From Leucoraja ocellata (lineage: Eukaryota): 64,000 nucleotides of DNA. The stretch is from the NCBI GenBank assembly GCA_036785375.1, contig JAWMAR010000061.1:8990001-9054000 (forward strand), written 5' to 3'. The notes under the pieces were generated by a model. That model made no database searches. It worked only from the letters and a program-made list of their open reading frames with translations, and was not told the origin of the DNA. Below are positions 1 through 24,800 of the stretch, in pieces (the first letter of the stretch is position 1; every line of letters begins with the position of its first letter). Position numbers and translations under genes: made by a program.

Positions 1-692
1 AGATCAGTACTTTGGAAGGAGGAGAGTAAAAGGGAGTCACGTCACAGATTTGCTGTTGGGAGCAGATGGGATGTTTCTTTTTCGCTATGTAAAATAGTAA
101 ATTGGATTGGGAAAGTCTTTGCAAAGCAGTAACTCTAAAATTAATGTTACATACCTTTCCACCTGACTTCCACCGGTCGTTTGTTAGCAATTGATCTATT
201 CCAGTTGCAAAAAGAAAACATCTTGTTTTGACTTTCTTGTTGGCACATCAGCAAAAGACTGAACGCTTCGATGCACAGAGCCGCCACTCTCAGATTGGAA
301 TAATTGTTACTAACAGATTTGCACATTTGGAGAACCTTGGCATGGAGACATGAAATCAGAATTTATTGCCAGCCTCATTGTTGCTGCTGGTTTGCAATGG
401 TCAAGACAGAGGTACTTGGAGACTCTGCTCCCCAGCAGGTCACGTTTGAAGAACTGAAGAAGGGTCTTGACCCAAAATGTCACCCATTCCTTTTCTCCTG
501 CGATGCAGTCTGACCTACTGAGTTACTCCAGCTTTTTGTGTCTATCCCGGGTCTCATTAATCCATTTACTAACAAGTGCCACAGCATTTCATTTTTTGTG
601 CGATGGGCAATGATCAGAACAGGCTTGAGCAGGACAACCAGGAAATGCAATGTGGGAAGGAGCTACAGACGCTGGCTTGCCTGATGTGGAGG

Positions 693-830
693 AAACATAG
701 AAACAGAAAATAGGTGCAGGAGTAGGCCATTCGGCCCTTCGAGCCTGCACCACCATTCAATATGATCATGGCTGATCATCCACATCAGTATCCCATACCT
801 GCCTTCTCTCCCTACCCCCGGATCCCCAGT
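693..830 (-). mobile_element. CR1-like LINE 3' tail fragment
   Basis: gaaacatagaaa...taggtgcaggagtaggccattcggcccttcgagcc...; related copies near 2690-2820 (-), 3195-3297 (+) and 42750-42942 (+). Confidence 0.75.
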
Positions 831-843
831 TAGGAGACATCCA

Positions 844-1012
844 GATGCTGGCTTACCAGACGTGGAGGGGCTACAGATGCTGGTCTACCAGATGTGGAGG
901 GGCTACAGATGCTGGTCTACCAGATGTGGTGGGGCTACAGATGCTGGTTTACCAGATGTGGAGGGGCTACAGATGCTGGTTTACCAGATGTGGAGGGGCT
1001 ACAGATGCTGGT
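844..1012 (+). repeat. 32-bp minisatellite, about 5 copies, abutting the BBS4 promoter
   Basis: Unit agatgctggtYtaccagatgtggaggggctac seen directly. Confidence 0.9.
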
Positions 1013-1325
1013 CGGGCGGGCACGTACAGCGCGCTGACGTCACAGAGCGGGGGAAGGCCGGGGCGGAGGAGGCGCGCAGTGTGATGGCGGCCGAGGCCGG
1101 GCCCGGGGGTGAGCGGGGCGGGGCGGGGATGAGGGCGCTGGGGCCCGGGACGGGGGCTGGGGCTGGGGCCGGGAACGGCGCCGGGGAGGCGGTGTCTGCA
1201 GCGGGCGGGGGACGAGTACCACAGGCCGGCGGGGAGAGGCCCGGGGCTGGGCCGAGGTAGCGGCGGCTGGTTGCCGTGGTAACGCCGGGCCCAGCCCGCA
1301 CTATGGTTCATCAGGTCACGGGACA
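1010..1325 (+). promoter_or_regulatory. CpG-island promoter and probable non-coding exon 1 of BBS4
   Basis: Abruptly GC/CpG-rich; palindromic CRE TGACGTCA 1035-1042; several GGGCGG GC boxes; donor-like GGG|gtgagc at 1108/1109. Confidence 0.8.
1270..1283. promoter_or_regulatory. RFX X-box
   Basis: GTTGCCGTGGTAAC, one mismatch to GTTNCCATGGNAAC; BBS/ciliary genes are established RFX targets. Confidence 0.8.
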
Positions 1326-1984
1326 CAGGAGCAGGGTCAGGCCAATCGGCCCATCAAGTCTATTCCTCCATTCAATCTCTGATCTATCTCTCCTTCCTAA
1401 CCCCATTCTCCTGTCTTCTCCCCATAACCCCTGACACCCGCACTAATCAACTATCTATCTCTCTCTCCCACTAGTGGAAACATCCTCTCCACATCCACTC
1501 AATGGTACTTTATGTCACTTGTACCTAGGGACAGTGGAATTCCCTTTTGGCATACAGTTCAGTAAAAATCTTACCAAATATAGGCACAATCAGACAAGAA
1601 TGTGACAATAGTGGATGACACCGAGACAGTACACAAGAGGCTCCACATTTCCAGCGACATCTTGTTCAATTTTAAAATGTTAACCAATATAAAATAGAAA
1701 ATAGGTGCGGGAAGATGCCAGCTCGAAGGGTTAAGAAGATTCTTAACTCCATCAAGGCCCGTTGTCCTGGCGGCTGCACTGAGTTGAAGTTGCAGGGGTC
1801 AGTCTGACCAGACCACGTAGTCAATATCCTCCACCACTGCTCCATGTCGCTGCATGCTGCGTCTAATCCAAGCACTCAGACTCTTGGAGCAGCACCTGAT
1901 CACCGCGCAGTCCAGGGCTGTAGAGGTCCCCCAGCGACCCACTCCGCAAACACTGCACAAAGATTGCCCAGCACACACCAATTA

Positions 1985-2200
1985 CATTTCCCACCTCTCA
2001 CCATAAAGCTACACGCTCTAGTCTTTGACATTTCGACCCTGGGAGAAAGGTTCTGACTGTCTACCCTATCCACGCCTCTCATAACTTTATAAATTTCTAT
2101 CAGCTCTCCTCTTTGACATTCTAGGGAAAACAATCCACACGTTTGTCCATCCTCCTCCTGTAGCTAAACACCCTCTAATCCTGACAACTTTCTGGTAAAT
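1985..2200 (-). mobile_element. CR1-like LINE ORF2 C-terminal fragment
   Basis: Translates RGELIEIYKVMRGVDRVDSQNLSPRVEMSKTR, typical of the CR1 ORF2 end. Confidence 0.75.
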
Positions 2201-2614
2201 TGTAGAAACAAGGAACTGCGGGAGTCAGTTTCCAAAAAAGACATACAGTGCTAGAGTAATTCATAAACCTCTTTCGCACCCTCTACATATTTTCCTGATC
2301 TATGCTGCCATTGTCTATCCATTGGCTTCAAACTTGCTAATAGGTCTCTCTGACATTTGGAGGTCCAGACATCATCAGCATTTACCTATTACTCCCACCT
2401 GTTATTAAAAACAGATTAATTGAACTGGAAAAATATGTGCTGACTTGTAGTACAGGTTGAGAAGCTGGGACAGGAAATGGATCCTACAATAGTTGTTATT
2501 GGTATTTCATATTTTTTTTAATAAACAGGCAGATTGTAAGGACTGTGAGCCTGTGAGTGGACCTGTTGGAAATTGGTGCATCTTTTGATCTGTCCAACTG
2601 ACTACTGCAACAGA

Positions 2615-17059
<14,445 letters not shown>

Positions 17060-18577
17060 CTCTCAATTCCCACTCTGCTTCCTAGAATAGGTAATTAAAA
17101 CCAGCACCATGCTGAACTGTGTCTCTTGAGCCAATGCCTTGCGGGAGAATATTCTCTCTGCTATTAGACGTCATTACTGCGGCATCACTTATCCACACAT
17201 TGTTCGGCAATAATTTGAAAGCATTAGTTTTGGTTTTCTATCTTCTGTGTATAAAGTTCAATTCCCTGCAGCGTCTGAAAGAGAAAGATTGTTCCCGCCA
17301 GAATCCCAGCCCTCCCAAGGTCGACACCAGTGCCAGGTAAGTGGGGCAACTCACTCTGCACAGACCCAGAACTACGTCGCTGGCACTTGCTCGTGCCAAG
17401 GTCACGTGGACATTCGCATTGTCTGCGGTAACTCATGAGGTAGCAGAATTTTGTTATGTTCCTGAGCAGAGATTTTGAACTTTGAGGTAAAGCCATGCAA
17501 TCTCATAAAAGCATCTCAGTAAAGTGAAGTATATTTGTACAAAGTTAACACCTTGCATTGGCTCCACGGAGGATGCTACTGTGGGATAAAAGGTCAAGAT
17601 TGATGAAGTTGCAGCCTAATGCTTACATCCTGGAGTCGATTGTATTTGTATAGTTGGGGTTGTCATTGCTGGAAAGCTTCATTGCCACTGCTGGGTTGCT
17701 ACATTCCCTGAGGCCAAGCAGTGAAGAGCTGTACTCAGCTCCTAATGATTACCTATATTTAATTACCCTGTTCCCTTCAAGAATCCCTCGTGATCCATAT
17801 TTTTGATGTGATTAGGATGGAGAAAGATTTCTGAACTTCTCGTACCTTTTCATTTGCTTGAGATACTAAATCAATGGAGATAACATTCCTTTGTTCCTTT
17901 ATCTAGCGCCCTTTGACCCACCTGTCATCCTGATCCTGATCTTAATTTTACTGGGACTGTTCTCATTTCTCCTCACAATTAAAACCAGTTCTTTGGGATG
18001 ATTTCAGTAAATTGCAGCTTGTCCACACCTCAACAATCTGTCTTGATACCTGCAATAATATTCCATCTGTGGTCTAACCATTAATGTATATTGGTCTGAA
18101 TAACTGGCGATTGGGGTGAACTGCATTTCTCAGGAAGAAGGTGTAATGGAATAGTAGGTAAATGAGCATTGTTTGAGGTGTATGCAAATCACTGCAGTTG
18201 GAGGGAGGCACAGATTCTAGAGCTACCTCCAGCCCTTGGGATGACTACTAGTGGTGAGGGTGGAGGTGAGGAATAATCCAGAAGGCCACAATTGGAAAAG
18301 TAGTGCTGGAGGGAACGTTCCTGTCAGGATCTCATCATCTCCACCTCATCCTGCACAAACTCCAGCCACTATTTTAGTTATTTTCCTTCACATTTGACAT
18401 TTAAGATATCCTTTTATCATTTTCCAAAATAAGATTGCAATATTTTAACCGGGCATATTTTTAAGTTCAGACTGAGGGAGAGAAACCTGAACTATTGCAA
18501 GATGACTGTGCGGAGAAGAATTCCAAACATCTGTAAAAGTTTTAATATACACAGGTTTCTCTATAAATATTTCCTAA

Positions 18578-18583
18578 AATAAA
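18578..18583 (+). terminator. Candidate BBS4 polyadenylation signal
   Basis: AATAAA followed by GT/T-rich sequence; alternatives are ATTAAA 17094-17099 and AATAAA 19341-19346. Confidence 0.4.
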
Positions 18584-19599
18584 AAACTATTGGCGTATAG
18601 TGTTCTTTAACGGTTTCTGTATCAGATCATTCAATCACTATCCATTACTAAGTCAGCTTTGCCCTGAGCAACAATCAACCCTGGCATGGTGACAACAGAG
18701 ACCCAGCATTGCTTATGACAATGGATTTCAGACGTGTATAATGCTTGCACTTTTGTAAGTGAATGTTGCAGAGTGTGAACAGCATCTGTGAATTTGTAAA
18801 GTCTGTCCTTTTGCAGAAGTGTTGAGGTGTTGCATAGAATGGATTCAGTTATGAGATAAACCCTTCATCCTGTCACATTTACAAGTATGATGCACTTTGA
18901 CTAAAGCACAGCGTGGGAAGAATGAATCTCCCAGCCCTGCTCGGCTGAAGCACTGGGACTGAAATAGCTTCTTCCACCCTGCTGCAGTGGTCTTACGTAG
19001 AAGGTACATCTGGGTGGGCCGCTGATGTTGGCTGCATTGCTCACTGGGCCTCTGGATTACATCTGGAAACGTCCTGATGACATCAGTCTGACTGCTCAGA
19101 GCTGCGCGCAGGCGGGCGGGCGGGTTCTGTGGAGCGACACTCAACGTGTAGACACAGGAACTGGAAGCAGCAGTAGATCCATCAGCCCTCTGGCCGCTGT
19201 GAACAACTCTGTTGTAACCTGGCCGGCCACATCCTTTATCGTACCATCACTCCTGCTCAATGAGATGTGTCCTAAAGCAACAGGCACACCTTAACATGGC
19301 GTTTTGCCAACTTGATTACTAAGCACATGCTCGAGACTGAAATAAACCGCGCATCAGATCAGATCCAAGCTCTGTAATCTGATGGTGCAATCAGGAATGA
19401 TGATGAGACCAGTAGGTGTGAGTCACCAACATCAGTCCTGGCCTGGGTGAGTGCCACCAACAATCCCCTTCTACCAATTTGATTTGCTCCACCTGACATC
19501 AAGAACTGGCTGAGATAACAAGACTCATGCAAGATCCACCCTGGAAACACCTGTCTGCAGATTCCCCAGCTAATTTACACATCATCTTTCACCAGCTGA

Positions 19600-19830
19600 A
19601 AACATGAAAGATAGCCCCGTCCAAAACACTAGTTACTCTCTTATCCCAATCATCAGCAAACTCATGGAAGGTATTGTTGACTGTGCCACCGAGTGACACA
19701 GTCATCAGGATCTCCCAGCTCCATAGCCTCGGTCCAGACACGGACAAACAGCTGAATTACAAATGTACGATGAAAATCAAGCGATCATTTGACCCAGTGT
19801 GACCCAGTCTGCTGCCACTGATATGGGGAG
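19600..19830 (+). mobile_element. Highly degraded LINE reverse-transcriptase fragment
   Basis: Remnants resembling ISLLSIISKLME (IISKLMEGIVD) and DIKAAFDRVWH (KIKRSFDPV). Confidence 0.5.
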
Positions 19831-20359
19831 GAAACTCCCGTCTGGCAATGTACCTTTCACAAAGGCCGTCCAGAGAGAGCTCATTCATCCACGACATTTC
19901 CACTTCTGATGGTTTAACGGAAGGCCGTTCAATGGTTTTCTGTGTTTAATTGAGATGGTCGGATGGGCAGCACATTGGGTTTGTCGGCTCTGGCTATAGT
20001 CCAGCTCATTGAGTAGGAGCAACTGTTCTCTTAACTTCTGTCTTTGATTAAGTTGAGACATCCTCAAACCAGTTTGTGATGTGAGCCTCCAGCTTTCCTG
20101 TGCCTACCTCTGTCCTCGCTCCAATTGGGCAAACGTCCACAGATCATCGTGAAGTCACTCACCCCCTAAACCCCACCAACAGCTGGCTGCATCTTCCCCT
20201 CCTCATCCTAGAAAACTTCACCGTTCTGCAGGCAGAAAGCTGTTGAACCTGGTCACCCCTCAAGCTGTGAACCAAGCTAATGGATGACAATGATGCCTGA
20301 ATCATCATATACCTGGTGGCAATGTAGACCACAAATAAATGTCTACACTCACACTTCTT

Positions 20360-21764
20360 CCTAATGGTTGAATACAAAATGTATTGGAATTCCAATATTA
20401 CATTAGAACATGAAGTTTAAAAAAAGCCACTAAGTATGCTACTAGCAAAGTTCTTTGTACATAAAACTACAGTAGTTTGCATCATTTCTACAATCTTGAT
20501 TAATAAACAATCTGCACCTTCGGTGTCCGTGGAAACAGAAGTTGCTTTTGCTAATGAAGACACTACAGAAGTACACCAGAGGTTTCCCAATTCTGAACAC
20601 AGGCCAGAAAGAAAAAGGTTCTTTGTAAAAGATGGAAAAAGTGCAAAACAGATCTGACTGCCTACAACAGGGGCATGTTCTCTAAACGTTCACAACAGCT
20701 TCGTTCAGTTATATTCATTACAATAAATTTCCTTAAACAGTTATATTAACATTCATGGAGATGTACATAGGAAGCAATATTCACAAACATAGTAAAACCA
20801 TGACTGTAGAAGCAAGTACAATGATATGGGGAGAATGAGATGGAGAGAGCTTCCTGTAACTGAACCCATATATGGTTTAACATATAACCTCATCAGAAGC
20901 AGATTGATGGGATTGGTTTGAGATCCATATACCTGGGACCAGTTCAGCCCAGTCCACTGAAACCTACCCACAACACAATTAATGAGGGCAGGAACTCAAA
21001 CTGGATTTGAGGGTTTAATGCTGGCTATATAATCAAAACTGACTGATAGGTTTAATAAAGATCGTGCAAGCATACCGCAGGGTAGGGCGAGCTTATCTTT
21101 CTCCTTATGGCTAAATGATTCTCCAGTAGAATACATAAAGACAGTCTTCATATAAAATGTCAGTTGCTGCACACGTTTGCTTAAACCAATGTGCTTTGAG
21201 TCTTGCCGAGCCTCCTTGTGGATAGATTGTGCTGGTTGCATCTTTCTAATTGTGCTTTAATCAGCGAACTTGCCAAGTCCAGCAGGGATTGCTGACAGAT
21301 CACAGTGATGAGTGCGGATACGGTGGCAGTTTTGTTGCAGTCCGAGTGCGATGCGTAGGAAGCAGGAAATGGCCATGTTATTGAAGCATCTTACACCAGC
21401 TGATGGTGAGGCGGTCAAATGTCACATCTGGATGCCAAAGTAACAATTCAACATTCTCTTTATAACACCAACAACGTAAACACGCAGTAAATAGACGATA
21501 TCGAATGTCCAACACTATATCGGTACCTGCAGTACATTTCCAAACCAGCAGGGGTCCATCAGAGTCTAGGCTCATCAGATTCCAAGCCCTTGATTGGATT
21601 TGCATGACATCCACAAGTCTGGATCCACTGGACTGAAATTATGACAAAGGCATTTCCCACGAGACTTAACACATGACGTCATGTTGCAGTCGGCCCTCCG
21701 GGAGTCTTGTGTACTTGCGCACACCCGCTCCGGGTTCAGTTTGAGTGACTGATGGAACTCCGAT
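20360..21764 (-). other. NEO1: Probable NEO1 3' UTR with variant poly(A) signal AATACA (20380-20385)
   Basis: Repeat-free AT-rich tract after the stop; AATACA followed by GT/T-rich sequence on the minus strand. The end position is inferred. Confidence 0.45.
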
Positions 21765-21848
21765 CTATGCTGTGGTGATAACGTTGAGGTCCTTCATTAA
21801 GCCCGTGAGGTGCGCCATTTCTTCATTCAGCTCATCTGGGCTGTAGTT
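21765..21848 (-). CDS. NEO1: NEO1 terminal coding exon, P3 motif ([27 protein letters not shown])
   Basis: ttgcag|AAC, 84 nt, TAG at 21765-21767. Confidence 0.96.
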   Translation of the reverse strand, partial: NYSPDELNEEMAHLTGLMKDLNVITTA

Positions 21849-24800
21849 CTGCAAAAAGACGCAACAGATTATTGTCTCAGGCTAAGACCATCTAAGGGAA
21901 CAGGTTGTGTTAAAGGATGAGTGAGGGTCTCTCACAGGGACAGACCTGTGAGTGGTGTCCAGTTATTGACCCAGAGAATCAGAAGCTGTGATTGCCTCAT
22001 CTCCACTCCGATTGGAAATCAACAACCCCTTCAGGGACTCTGAATCGGCTCAGGATCCGAGTGAGATTCAATCAGTGATGGTGATGATTGAGGGGAATCC
22101 CCATGACTCCCCAGTGTAGGGGTGGAACAAGTCTACACAAATCACTGAAGCATGAGATCAAGGAAGGGACTGAGAGGTTTCTCCCTCTTGGGACGGAAGA
22201 TCAGCCATTGTTCAATGGCAGAACAACATCAAGGGACCAAATGGCCTCCACCGGCTCACTTCTATAGTCTGGAGAGGCACAGCGTCAGGGTAAGGTTTGT
22301 GTAAGGGATAAAGCTCTTCAGGTTGGTGGTGGTGGGGGGTCTGTTGGGAGGTGACATCACAGGGCACTGACTGAACGGTGAACCAGGCTCGGAGGAACGC
22401 TGATGTATTCACCAATGCCAGCGATCAAGAAATGGGAGTGAAAGTGAAAGGCTTGTTATAGGAATAAGAAAAAGCATTTAAATATTTTTTTAAAGGTGAG
22501 ATGTTTGAGTGGATTGAGCAAGATCGATGAACACCAACACCTGAAAATAAAGGTGAAAGTTTGATCCGGTGAGGTGTGGTGTTAAATGGAGTGCATGGAC
22601 ACTAAGGAAGGGAAGAGCAGAGACGAGGAGACAACAGCAAACCTACAGTGTCGGAGTCTTCCAGCATCTTGGCAGATTCAGCCACATCTGGGGCACTGGG
22701 CACGGTGACAGCCATCGGGGATCGGCTACGACCCAATGTTCCTATGGACGCCGTCTTCACTGAATGAACCTGAGGATTGGCCCCTGCAGTGGAACACCAC
22801 GTCACAGCTTTAGCACAACTTCCCTCCAACATTAGATAATCTTCACATTCCATAAACCAATATTGATATTGTCAAGTCAAGTCAAGAGAGTTTATTGTCG
22901 TGTGTCCCAGATAGGACAATGAAATTCTTGCTTGCTACAGCACAACAGAATATTGTAGGCATAAATACAGAACAGTTCAGTGTCTATATAGCATAAACCA
23001 TATATATACACATCAATAAACAGATAAAGTGCAATAGGCTGTTATAGTTCAGTTTGTTTGATGGTGAGTTTAATAGCCTGATGGCTGTGGGGAAGCAGCT
23101 GTTCCTGAACCTGGATGTACCAGATTTCAGGCTTCTGTACCTTCTACCTGATGGCAGCGGAGAGATGAGTGAGTGGCCAGGATGGTGTGGGTCCTTGATG
23201 ATGTTGGCAGCCTTTTTAAGGCAGCGACTGCGATAGATCCTTTCGATGGTGGGGAGGTCAGAGCCGATGATGGACTGGGCAGTGATTTATTATTGTACCG
23301 ATTTAGCGAAAAACCTTGTTTTGCTTTCTCTCTATTCAAATCACATCAAACTTGACTATAAAAGGTTGTGCAAAGAGAAGAATAAGTAGAGCAGACCATA
23401 GTCTTACAGTCACAAAGGGCAGATAAAGCAAGCGCTAGGCTGCAATGAGGTAGATTGGGACATTCTTAACAAGTGAGAGGCCTGTTCACACCTGCCCAGT
23501 CTAGACAAACTCACTAGGCACGAGTCGGTCTAGTCCATCAGCCCATGATAAGATGGCAACTCGGTAGTGCAGCGGTAGTGTTGCTGCCTAACTGTGCCAG
23601 TGACCCGGGTTCAATCCTGACTACAGGTGTTGTCTGTGTGGAGTTTGTATGTTTCCTCTGTGACCGTGTGGGTTTACTCCAGGTGCTCCGGTTTCCTCCC
23701 AAATTCCAAAGACGTGGAGGTTAGTTGGATAATTGTCCCTGATGCTCAGGGTAGAACTAGTGACCAGATGATCGCTAGTCGTGAGGAATCTGTGGGCACA
23801 AGGGCTTATTTCCACGCTGTATCTCTAAACTAAAAAGTATTTTAATTTAATTTATTGTTACATTATAGGTGACCCAGCCTTGTTATTGAGGATAAGGCAG
23901 TGAACGTTCGGCCCACAAAGTCTGTACTGGCCACTAATCACATTCCACCCCTCACCCACACACTGGCAGCAAATTACAGCGGCTAAATTCTCCAATCAGT
24001 CCGCTCGTCTTTGAGATGTGGGAGGAAATCGGAGCTCACAGAGAGAACGTGCAAACACCACACAGACAGCATTGGAGGTCACTGGAGCTGTGAGGCAGCA
24101 GCTCCACCCACTGCGAGGGTTAGCGAGGGTTTAGAACGTCTGCTGCCCATCCCACTCGCCGCCCGATGGCTGTGAGGCCCAGAAACGGTGCCAGTGCCAC
24201 TGACTCTCCCCTCACTCACCCGCCTGGGCCAACAGTGGTGTGCTGGACGAGGCTGCCTCGTAGCCGGTGCTGGCCGGAGGGATGGCGATGACCGCAAAGC
24301 TCTTGAGAGGGTGTGAGGGGCGGACGTGGGCAGTGGGGACGCTACGGTTAGAGTCCTCGTCCTGTGAGCCGGGCAGGTAGGTGACACTTGGCACGTCTGT
24401 TTCCAGGCTGTCCACGGTGTGAGTCTGTGAGCTCAGTGCCGGAGACATGTCGCTGTTCGGGGTGTTCCGTACCGATTCTGGAACACAAAGTGTCAAAGGT
24501 CAGCACTCCAGACACAAGCCAAGCCGTCCACAATCCTCAGCTCCACCTGTAACTGGGAGAGCAGAGCTGAACACAGAGCGCTCATCTTTCTGAACCTTCC
24601 AATGAGCAGCTCAGCACAGCTGCCATGCCTGTACACCGTTTGTCAGTCAGCAACAATTTAATCCAGAAAACCCAAAGCAGAACCAAAGTTTCAAAAGGAG
24701 GTTGTGTGACTGTCCCAGCCGGGCATGCGGGTGAGACCCTCACTCCCAGCCCAGTGCCCCACTCTGCCATCCTTGTATCCGTACAGCCCACCCAGTGGTC

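Noticed and set aside
844-1012. 32-37 bp direct repeats resembling CRISPR arrays (also 11315-11416 and 45126-45268)
   Set aside because: Head-to-tail units with no unique spacers, no cas genes, vertebrate context.
1084-1108. ATG 1084 as the BBS4 start codon
   Set aside because: 25 nt to the donor is out of phase with exon 3780, whereas ATG 2615 fits. Kept only as a uORF or homopolymer-error possibility.
23555-23625. tRNA gene
   Set aside because: A/B-box-like head runs straight into a V domain, so it is a SINE head.
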